Shown: positions 18,583-24,870, numbered from the stretch's first letter. The stretch is 32,000 nt of DNA from Candidatus Nanosynbacter sp. BB002 (GCF_037013405.1 NZ_CP146064.1:600001-632000), one strand, 5' to 3'. Notes: generated from the sequence alone by a model not told the origin. Numbers and translations: made by a program.

Positions 18583-19311
18583 TTAATCTCCCATCTTAAC
18601 AATGCACGACTCTATATCGTCTTTACTGCCCAATTTATTTTTATTAAAAAATATTTCGCATCTTATTTTAGAGTTATTGTTCCTGTTTACGTCTACATCT
18701 ACACTATACACACCCTCTTCTCTTAGTTTCTCTACAATCTTAAATATGTAAGAAGCCTTTTTGCTGTCGTTCGGAGCGTCTATTATTAATCTATACAGGA
18801 AGCCTTTGTCCTTGGTTTTATTGTCTTCATATTTAGATTGTTTATTCACAGAATCTACCAAATCTTCAGATAAGACAATTTCTGCCCGTGCACTATCTGC
18901 TTTATAGCCATTGCTATTAGCGTTAACTTCTTTGACAATAGATTCTAACTCCCTGCTGGCTTGGACTGACCAGATGGCGGCGATGTATTGGTCGCTACAG
19001 TCAGAGGGGTTCAAATAGCTGCAATCGATGTCAAATTTTAGTTTTGGGTTTGACACTAGGTATGCTTGCGACATCCATATACCGTTGACCCCAAAACCTC
19101 CGTGTTTATACTCGGGTCTTTCGACCTTAAAGTCTTCTTTATATTTATTGTTCAGATACTCAGACATCCCATTCTGGGCATTAGATATTTTATTTTCATT
19201 TTTGATATGTAAGACAATCGCTATGGCAACAATCAATATAACCAGGCTACAGAGGGCTATCAATAATTTGTATACTTTATGCTTCTTTGTCTTACTGACT
19301 TTCTTTGCCAT
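18583..19311 (-). CDS. Island paralog 2: Lys-rich N-tail + single TM + extracytoplasmic domain
   Basis: 242 aa from ATG 19311 (the ORF track uses GTG 19314). GGAGG lies 5 nt upstream. The shared block is NAQNGMSEYLNNKYKEDFKVERPEYKHGGFG...SQAYLVSNPKLKF. Confidence 0.75.
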   Translation of the reverse strand: MAKKVSKTKKHKVYKLLIALCSLVILIVAIAIVLHIKNENKISNAQNGMSEYLNNKYKEDFKVERPEYKHGGFGVNGIWMSQAYLVSNPKLKFDIDCSYLNPSDCSDQYIAAIWSVQASRELESIVKEVNANSNGYKADSARAEIVLSEDLVDSVNKQSKYEDNKTKDKGFLYRLIIDAPNDSKKASYIFKIVEKLREEGVYSVDVDVNRNNNSKIRCEIFFNKNKLGSKDDIESCIVKMGD

Positions 19312-19488
19312 CACCCCCTCCGGTTACTTTATAGATTATTTATTATTTTAGTTTAAGCACGACCCATACACAAGAGAGCGCTGCTATACAATCCTAGGTT
19401 ATAGGCTGTGAAGTTTCACCTTCCAGGAGCAGATAGGGTTAGCCCCTTTCTTAAAGGCAGAGAGCTAAATATCTGATGAATCAAAACC

Positions 19489-19923
19489 TCAGAGGCTATT
19501 CAGCTGATTAATAGATCCGACTACTGAGGCAATACCCCATACTGTCCCATTCATATAAATTATTTCTTGATAGGCCTCAGGATCTCCTAAGTCGTAGCCA
19601 CAATGCTGTAGTTCATATTTACCGTCGTATATCTTTCTGCCACATAAGTCTGGTTTGCCGATAAGCTCCTCGACCGTATCCCTATCCATGCCGATCTGGA
19701 CGTCGCTCATCTTCTTATAGAACTCGTCCTTAGTTGACCAAGGCCTACTGTTAGTATCGGAGCTAGCATTAGTATCAGAGACAGTATTAGGGCGAGGAGT
19801 GTGCTGCTGTAGATATAGGATTGTTACGACTCCAGCGGTAAAGCATATAGCTACGTAAACTAGCACAATAGCCACAAGCTTAATTAACTTTTTATCTTTA
19901 TAAGGATAACCGTTGTTTACCAT
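19489..19923 (-). CDS. Small membrane-anchored protein with a BamE/SmpA_OmlA-like (DUF3862-like) C-terminal domain
   Basis: 144 aa. The TM is LVAIVLVYVAICFTAGVVTILYL, followed by a Ser/Thr/Asn linker. Next comes MSDVQIGMDRDTVEELIGKP, the I.xGMxxxxVxxxxGxP motif typical of that fold. TAGAAT lies 6 nt upstream of the ATG. Confidence 0.65.
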   Translation of the reverse strand: MVNNGYPYKDKKLIKLVAIVLVYVAICFTAGVVTILYLQQHTPRPNTVSDTNASSDTNSRPWSTKDEFYKKMSDVQIGMDRDTVEELIGKPDLCGRKIYDGKYELQHCGYDLGDPEAYQEIIYMNGTVWGIASVVGSINQLNSL

Positions 19924-20005
19924 AAGCTTATTCTATTACGTTATGCTGGACAGTTCAATCTACTTGAATATCTAGAAATAGTTGGAAGCTCACCAGGTTT
20001 TTTAT

Positions 20006-20047
20006 TTACGCGCGTTTTTTCGTTCTTTTGCTTTTACTCTTCGCCGT
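20006..20047 (-). pseudogene. 5' relic of a fourth island paralog (start codon ATG->ACG, stop after 13 codons)
   Basis: A 21-nt exact match, cttttgcttttactcttcgcc, occurs at 20025-20045 and at 18420-18440 (the first codons of paralog 1). The relic reads ACG GCG AAG AGT AAA AGC AAA AGA ACG AAA AAA CGC GCG TAA (TAKSKSKRTKKRA*), against MAKSKSKRTNKSR in paralog 1. The upstream leader is also similar (GTATTACAC vs GTATTGTAT). Confidence 0.55.
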
Positions 20048-20122
20048 GTAATACATATCTCAGGCTTTTGATGTCTTTACACGGTAAGGTACTCAGCGCT
20101 AAATATTGTTCTGGTGTTAAAC

Positions 20123-20884
20123 TCATGTTGCTACAACCTCCCATCTCTTAAACATATTAACTATAGTGCTCTTATCCAAAGTCTTTAGTTTTTCAAGCGA
20201 GATAATTAAACCATGCTTTTCACGGCCATATTCTGCTGACTTATACGTAATGGTGGTATCTGTTTTTGCAGGCAGTTCACTAGTGAGTAGAAGTAGCTTA
20301 TTAACCGCTGCCATTTTTTCTTGAGTAGATAGATCTCTATTACGCAACTCAGATATGATAATATCGTACGGTATTTGCTTACCGTATCGATCGGCCGCAT
20401 CATTAAATAAAGGTACTTTGCCACTAATGCTAATGTCTCTCGTCTGTACACTCATTGAAGACTGAATGTCAATCTCATACTGCACTCTCTCGCCAAACAC
20501 CTTATTAATTACGGGCTGAAGTCGTTTACGCTCCTCACTAGTCCACACGGCACCGGCATAACCATCGCTAACACCTGACGATGATGACATGACGGTAAAG
20601 CGAATGGTTTTATCATCTTTTGGATATGCAATAGCATCAAAATGCCCCTCAACCGCAAGACCACCGCCCTTATGTTCTGGCTTTTCGACCACAAATTCTT
20701 GCCTATACTTATTTTGCAGATATTCCTTCATTTCAGCCTGAGCATTAGCGACATCAAGCTGGAATTTAATATAAAAACCGCCGACAATCATTGCTACCAA
20801 GATTAGCGGCGTGGCGAATAGTAGTAATACTTTGCGTGGTTTGACTGCATTAGTCTTGCTCAATTTGGATTGTTTCTTAGACAT
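20123..20884 (-). CDS. Island paralog 3: Lys-rich N-tail + single TM + extracytoplasmic domain
   Basis: 253 aa. The order is MSKKQSKLSKTN..., then TM VLLLFATPLILVAMIVGGFYI, then ANAQAEMKEYLQNKYRQEFVVEKPEHKGGGLAV...AIAYPKDDKTIRF. Confidence 0.75.
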   Translation of the reverse strand: MSKKQSKLSKTNAVKPRKVLLLFATPLILVAMIVGGFYIKFQLDVANAQAEMKEYLQNKYRQEFVVEKPEHKGGGLAVEGHFDAIAYPKDDKTIRFTVMSSSSGVSDGYAGAVWTSEERKRLQPVINKVFGERVQYEIDIQSSMSVQTRDISISGKVPLFNDAADRYGKQIPYDIIISELRNRDLSTQEKMAAVNKLLLLTSELPAKTDTTITYKSAEYGREKHGLIISLEKLKTLDKSTIVNMFKRWEVVAT

Positions 20885-20996
20885 AGGTAAGCTTCCCTAT
20901 ATACTGTTTATACTCACTTTCATTGTAACCTAACTACAAGCAATATACAACGAAAATATAGGCAGCCAAAGCTACCTATTTTTGATAATTCCTCTG

Positions 20997-21071
20997 TGGT
21001 GACCTTACCGGGAATCGAACCCGGATTGCCAGGATGAAAACCTGGTGTCCTAACCGTTAGACGATAAGGCC
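20997..21071 (-). tRNA. tRNA-Glu (anticodon UUC), CCA encoded
   Basis: The reverse complement folds as GGCCTTA TC GTCT AACGGTTA GGAC A CCAGG TTTTCAT CCTGG CAAT CCGGG TTCGATT CCCGG TAAGGTC A CCA. It is a 75-nt cloverleaf with all stems paired. Confidence 0.93.
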
Positions 21072-21175
21072 AACGTCACGAATTATAGCAAATTACCAGT
21101 CAGTTGTCTACAGGCGGCTGGCGCAATTTTCCGCTTCATTTCTCATTTGGCGTCGTTTCTTATATAATAATATCC

Positions 21176-21388
21176 ATGGCAAAGCAAAAGAAGAAACGCA
21201 ACAAAAAGTACACTGGCGTGGATGCCGCCACCAAACGGCCATCAATCACTCGCGTTAGTGCAGTCAACCGCTCACGGTTTGGGCAGTGGCGTCATGATCA
21301 CCAACGACAACTCAGCATTGCGCGTACTGTCGCCATCATCATCGTTGCGCTCATCATCATTGTTTCGGGCGTCATGAGCTTATTCTGA
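21176..21388 (+). CDS. Small basic tail-anchored membrane protein (70 aa), hypothetical
   Basis: Sequence is MAKQKKKRNKKYTG...IARTVAIIIVALIIIVSGVMSLF. The start is set at the internal ATG 21176 because TATAAT (21163-21168) lies 7 nt upstream. The ORF-track start at 21104 would lie upstream of that promoter. Confidence 0.5.
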   Translation: MAKQKKKRNKKYTGVDAATKRPSITRVSAVNRSRFGQWRHDHQRQLSIARTVAIIIVALIIIVSGVMSLF

Positions 21389-21394
21389 CGCCAT

Positions 21395-22687
21395 CTACTT
21401 CACCGGCAGACGAAACCCAAAGGTACTGCCTTTACTCTCTTTTGATTCAAATACCATCTGACCGCCGTGCGCCAGGACAACCTTGCGCGCCAAAAACAGC
21501 CCGATTCCCGTACCGTCTGGGCGTTTTTTGCGAGCGTTTGAGCCACGGAAAAACTTACTGAACAAATTTGCTTTCTCCGCGTCAGGAACGCCGATACCAG
21601 TGTCTTTGACGGTAAACACCACATCGTCATCATCTCTGGTCAGTTTTACTTTGATGGTCGTGTCGGGTTTTGAGTAGTACAGTGCATTTTCAATCATATT
21701 CATCATCACCTGTCGCAATTTTTCACCATCCACCATGGGCTGCGGGATGTCTTTGTCGATGTCCACTGCTATTTTGACATGTCGCTGTTTGGACATGGTT
21801 TTTAGGAATGCAGCCTCGTCCTTGACTAGTTGCACCAAGTCAGTCGCTTGACGGTTGATGACGAATTTGCCCGTTTGCAGCCTGGATACACTCAAAAAGT
21901 CACCAATGAGCTGCACCATTCTTTCACTTGAGCCAAAAGCTTCGGTCAATACAGTGCGCTGCGTCGCGTTGATCGGCCCCAAGTCACCCTCTAACATCAT
22001 ATCCAAATAACCCTTGATGCTGGTCAGCGGGGTTCGCAGCTGGTGTGATGCCATAGAGATGAATTCGTCTTTGGCAGCGTCCAGTCGCTGCAGTTGGCGG
22101 TTGCTAATCCTGAGTTCCCTCGTTGCATCGATGATTTTCTGTTGCAACGTTTCGTTAAGCTGCCGTACTTCAGCCATGGCAAGTGAGTTTTTGACTGCCA
22201 CCACCAATTCACCACTCATGGTTTCCAGGAGGGAAATATCTCGCCGCGTGTAGCGCTTGGCTCGCCTACCAAACAACACACAGCCAACACATTCGTGGTC
22301 CATGGCTAGCGGCAGGATGACTTCAATGTGGTACATCACCAAACTTTGCTGCAATGATTCATCCGCCAAATCTTTGACGAGCACCACTTCGTTGTAGCGA
22401 TAATGCCGATGAATATGCTTTGTCAATCGTGCCACGTCAATCGCCGGAAGGACTCGTTTGCTGGTACTTTCTAGCCTGAACGTATCACCAATTTTCACTG
22501 CCAGTGTCACGGATTCTGCCTGAAATGACCGCCGCAAAAAGCATTTCATGCGCTTCAAAAATACGTCCAAATCAGTACTGCGTAGTAACAGCATGCCCAT
22601 CTCAGCAAAAAATTCTTGCTTGCGCATGCGACTGGTTTTCAAAACATGAGTCGCTTTTTTCAGAGATTGCCCATAGTCCCTATCCAT
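21395..22687 (-). CDS. Cytoplasmic sensor histidine kinase (GAF-like N-domain + HisKA + HATPase_c)
   Basis: 430 aa with no TM segment. The H-box is SHQLRTPLTSIKGYLDMM, the N-box MMNMIENALYYS, G1 DTGIGV and G2 GTGIGLFLA. Confidence 0.9.
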   Translation of the reverse strand: MDRDYGQSLKKATHVLKTSRMRKQEFFAEMGMLLLRSTDLDVFLKRMKCFLRRSFQAESVTLAVKIGDTFRLESTSKRVLPAIDVARLTKHIHRHYRYNEVVLVKDLADESLQQSLVMYHIEVILPLAMDHECVGCVLFGRRAKRYTRRDISLLETMSGELVVAVKNSLAMAEVRQLNETLQQKIIDATRELRISNRQLQRLDAAKDEFISMASHQLRTPLTSIKGYLDMMLEGDLGPINATQRTVLTEAFGSSERMVQLIGDFLSVSRLQTGKFVINRQATDLVQLVKDEAAFLKTMSKQRHVKIAVDIDKDIPQPMVDGEKLRQVMMNMIENALYYSKPDTTIKVKLTRDDDDVVFTVKDTGIGVPDAEKANLFSKFFRGSNARKKRPDGTGIGLFLARKVVLAHGGQMVFESKESKGSTFGFRLPVK

Positions 22688-22731
22688 GCATATAAATATA
22701 AGCGATTTAGGCCTTCTCGTCCAGATATCTA

Positions 22732-22740
22732 TGCTATAAT
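22732..22740 (+). promoter_or_regulatory. Extended -10 box TGcTATAAT, 6 nt upstream of the response-regulator ATG 22747
   Basis: Sequence is tgctataat gagcct ATG. No SD is present. Confidence 0.55.
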
Positions 22741-22746
22741 GAGCCT

Positions 22747-23112
22747 ATGAAGAAAATTGCCATTATCGAAGACGATCCAGCTATTAGCCAGATGTACCGC
22801 ATGAAATTTGAGGCTGATGATTTTGATGTACGACTCGCAGCCGATGGCAAAGTGGGCGTCGAATTAGTTGAGAAATTTACCCCAGATATCATTTTGCTTG
22901 ATTTACAAATGCCAGAAATGGACGGATTGACTGCCTTGAGAAAAATTCGTTCGCACACGTGGGGTGAAACTGTGCCAGTCATCGTCCTAACTAACCTGAG
23001 CGAAGAAGAAGCGCCCGATGAACTGCGAGATCTCAACATTCACAGTTACATCGTCAAAGCGAACTTGACACCACGCCAAGTGGTCAGCAAAGTCAAAGAC
23101 GTTATCGGCTAG
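22747..23112 (+). CDS. Single-domain (CheY-like) response regulator, no output domain
   Basis: 121 aa. The acidic pocket is E8-D9-D10. The phospho-acceptor is D52 in ILLDLQMPEMDG. Conserved VLTN and VKA positions are present. Confidence 0.92.
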   Translation: MKKIAIIEDDPAISQMYRMKFEADDFDVRLAADGKVGVELVEKFTPDIILLDLQMPEMDGLTALRKIRSHTWGETVPVIVLTNLSEEEAPDELRDLNIHSYIVKANLTPRQVVSKVKDVIG

Positions 23113-23117
23113 GCTGG

Positions 23118-23927
23118 CTAATTCTGTTTTTGCTGATTGGCAATCGCCAGGCAAGCATTGATCAAATTATCAAACAGCGCCGCCACCGTTAGCGGTCCAA
23201 CGCCGCCTTTTTCGGGCGTAATCGACACGTCCTGCCGGTCACGCACTTCTTTGGCAACATCGCCAACTATTTTACCCTTGTCAGACGCAGTGCCGGCATC
23301 TACCACGATAGCACCAGGTTGCACCATGTCAGACGAAATAATACCGGGGCTACCCGTGGCGGTGACGATTACCTCAAAATCCACTAACTCTGCCAGATCA
23401 TCCCCCATGTCGAAGACGACTGGTTCTAAACCAGACCGACGCCACATATCTACCAGTGGTGCGCCCACCAGTCGACCATGTCCAACCACAGCGATGCGCT
23501 TGTTTGACAGATCAATACCGTGGCCCGACAATAGCCAATTGATGGCCGTTGGCGTCGCCGCCTCAAACGACGAACGAGGATTCAGTCCATCAACGTCTTT
23601 TTCTGGCGCGACCGCAGCCAATATTTCGTCCGTCTGAGTTGGATCTTTCAACGGCAATTGGACGATGATCCCTTGCACATCTTCTCGCGCATTCAGCTGC
23701 TGAACCGTCTCCAACACATCTTCCACGTGGTGAATTTCTGTATCAATCAAAATATCCGCACCATAGTTACGCTTCAAGCGCATATACGTTTCAATCACTG
23801 GATTGTCAGTATTGGTGACAATTGCCAGACGCGGCTGAATATGCCAGGCTTGACGTAGTGCCCGGACTTGCTTGGCTTGACGCTCTTTGATAAAGCTTGC
23901 CAAATCTGTACCAGTGAGTATTTTCAT
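23118..23927 (-). CDS. folD: Bifunctional 5,10-methylene-THF dehydrogenase/cyclohydrolase (start moved to M4 of the ORF-track call)
   Basis: FolD-like throughout (YMRLKRNYG, IIVQLPL, DVDG, VVGHGRLVGAPL, PGGVGP-equivalent KGGVGPLT). ATG 23927 is preceded by TGgTAGAAT + 7 nt. The ORF-track ATG (23936) is part of that -10 box. Confidence 0.92.
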   Translation of the reverse strand: MKILTGTDLASFIKERQAKQVRALRQAWHIQPRLAIVTNTDNPVIETYMRLKRNYGADILIDTEIHHVEDVLETVQQLNAREDVQGIIVQLPLKDPTQTDEILAAVAPEKDVDGLNPRSSFEAATPTAINWLLSGHGIDLSNKRIAVVGHGRLVGAPLVDMWRRSGLEPVVFDMGDDLAELVDFEVIVTATGSPGIISSDMVQPGAIVVDAGTASDKGKIVGDVAKEVRDRQDVSITPEKGGVGPLTVAALFDNLINACLAIANQQKQN

Positions 23928-23934
23928 CTTTATC

Positions 23935-23943
23935 ATTCTACCA
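23935..23943 (-). promoter_or_regulatory. Extended -10 box TGgTAGAAT, 7 nt upstream of the folD ATG 23927
   Basis: The reverse complement of 23935-23943 is TGGTAGAAT. It is followed by GATAAAG and then ATG AAA ATA CTC. Confidence 0.55.
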
Positions 23944-23954
23944 AATGAGTCTGC

Positions 23955-23983
23955 TTGAGTACAGGTATCAGCTATGGTATAAT
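23955..23983 (+). promoter_or_regulatory. Sigma-70-type promoter of the tRNA-His/tRNA-Lys unit
   Basis: -35 TTGAGT (23955-23960), 17-nt spacer, then TGg + TATAAT (23978-23983). The tRNA starts at 24001. Confidence 0.65.
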
Positions 23984-24000
23984 GCTAGAAGCTTGCGTAT

Positions 24001-24078
24001 GGCGGATGTAGCTCAGTTGGTTAGAGCGCTGGATTGTGGCTCCGGAGGCCGTGGGTTCGACCCCCATCATTCGCCCCA
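24001..24078 (+). tRNA. tRNA-His (anticodon GUG) with genome-encoded G-1 and CCA
   Basis: Fold is G(-1) GCGGATG TA GCTC AGTTGGTTA GAGC G CTGGA TTGTGGC TCCGG AGGCC GTGGG TTCGACC CCCAT CATTCGC C CCA. G-1 lies opposite C73, as expected for bacterial tRNA-His. Confidence 0.93.
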
Positions 24079-24120
24079 AGCATTGATTTGTGACATAATA
24101 TGTGCTAAAATCACACGTAT

Positions 24121-24197
24121 GGGCCAGTAGCTCAGCTGGTTAGAGCACCTGCCTCTTAAGCAGGGTGTCGAGGGTTCGAGCCCCTCCTGGCCCTCCA
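24121..24197 (+). tRNA. tRNA-Lys (anticodon CUU), CCA encoded
   Basis: Fold is GGGCCAG TA GCTC AGCTGGTTA GAGC A CCTGC CTCTTAA GCAGG GTGTC GAGGG TTCGAGC CCCTC CTGGCCC T CCA. Confidence 0.95.
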
Positions 24198-24203
24198 AAA
24201 TAA

Positions 24204-24231
24204 CCTCACACGCGTGTGAGGATTTTATTTT
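24204..24231. terminator. Bidirectional rho-independent terminator
   Basis: Perfect hairpin cctcaca-cgcg-tgtgagg (24204-24221). It is followed by attttatttt on the plus strand. On the minus strand it is followed by TTATTTT (reverse complement of aaaataa). Confidence 0.7.
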
Positions 24232-24675
24232 GCTATGCATATGGGTTATACCGACGGGAAGGCGGTTCGTGAAATGATGACCTTGGTCTGTTGAGTCCCA
24301 TCGGGCGAGCATTGGTGTTTGAAGATTGCCGATTCGGCCTATCTGTTTCAGCCTTGGCAGTATGCGGTTTTCTGTTTGAAAGACTCTGCTCTGCCGACTG
24401 CTTGGATTTATGATCATACCCCGAAGCTACAACCCCCAATTCCATGCCAAAGCGACGCACATGCCCATGGCAGCTAGCCATGGCAGAGCTTTGATAATTA
24501 TTGATGTATTGGCGATCTGAATTTGCCCGATGTTTTCTGTTGATGCTTCGTCCCGTATGTCCGTACGCCGTAAAACCGTCAATCGACCCTCGTCGAGGAT
24601 CAGATAGTCTCATCATCAGTTCTCGAGACATGCGTGGTTTTCGACTCGCATCCATATTTGATACTCGTAATCCTA

Positions 24676-24752
24676 TGGCGCCCCGAGTAGGATTCGAACC
24701 TACGACCTTAGGCTTAGAAGTCCTCTGCTCTATCCAGCTGAGCTATCAGGGC
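24676..24752 (-). tRNA. tRNA-Arg (anticodon UCU), CCA encoded, anticodon stem with two non-Watson-Crick pairs
   Basis: The reverse complement folds as GCCCTGA TA GCTC AGCTGGATA GAGC A GAGGA CTTCTAA GCCTA AGGTC GTAGG TTCGAAT CCTAC TCGGGGC G CCA. The acceptor, D and T arms are good. The anticodon stem has G27.A43 and A31.G39 mismatches. Confidence 0.85.
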
Positions 24753-24755
24753 GTA

Positions 24756-24784
24756 TTCACATTATAGCATCTTTCTGCTACAAT
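24756..24784 (+). promoter_or_regulatory. Sigma-70-type promoter of tRNA-Gly (and probably the downstream phosphorylase gene)
   Basis: -35 TTCACA (24756-24761), 17-nt spacer, then TGc + TACAAT (24779-24784). The tRNA starts at 24796. It overlaps the divergent tRNA-Arg promoter. Confidence 0.55.
24761..24769 (-). promoter_or_regulatory. Extended -10 box TGcTATAAT, 8 nt upstream of the tRNA-Arg 5' end
   Basis: The reverse complement of 24761-24769 is TGCTATAAT. It is followed by GTGAATAC and then G1 of the tRNA (24752). Confidence 0.5.
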
Positions 24785-24795
24785 GATACAAGCTT

Positions 24796-24870
24796 GCGGG
24801 TGTAGTACAGCGGTTAGTATGCAAGTTTTCCAAACTTGAGATCGGAGTTCGATTCTCCGCACCCGCACCA
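24796..24870 (+). tRNA. tRNA-Gly (anticodon UCC), CCA encoded
   Basis: Fold is GCGGGTG TA GTAC AGCGGTTA GTAT G CAAGT TTTCCAA ACTTG AGAT CGGAG TTCGATT CTCCG CACCCGC A CCA. Confidence 0.95.

Noticed and set aside
20206-20694. Nested minus-strand ORFs (20206-20451 and 20509-20694) inside island paralog 3
   Set aside because: They are alternative frames of a gene whose main frame is supported by paralog conservation. They have no independent signals.
17453-21071. The AT-rich island as a classical tRNA-targeted integrative element or prophage remnant
   Set aside because: No integrase, recombinase, transposase or phage-like ORF is present. I found no direct repeat of the tRNA-Glu 3' end at the distal boundary (17453-17617). 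I keep it only as a compositionally atypical variable locus.
24067-24417. 116-aa minus-strand ORF
   Set aside because: Its C-terminal half is simply the antisense of tRNA-Lys and tRNA-His and it crosses the bidirectional terminator. It is not credible as a gene.
24232-24675. tmRNA (ssrA) or RNase P RNA identity for the inter-tRNA segment
   Set aside because: Neither strand shows a GGGG... acceptor 5' end, a T-arm (GGTTCGAnTCC), a terminal CCA or a tag ORF ending in ...AA-stop. The RNase P CR-I/CR-IV motifs (GAGGAAAGTCCGG, ACAGAACCCGGCTTA) are also absent. The closest string is ACAGAAAACCGCATA, which has no matching 5' P4 strand. A covariance-model search is still needed.
24501-24767. 88-aa plus-strand ORF
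   Set aside because: It runs antisense through tRNA-Arg (the translated ...GFEPTTLGLEVLCSIQLSYQG is a typical tRNA shadow) and has no start-site signals.
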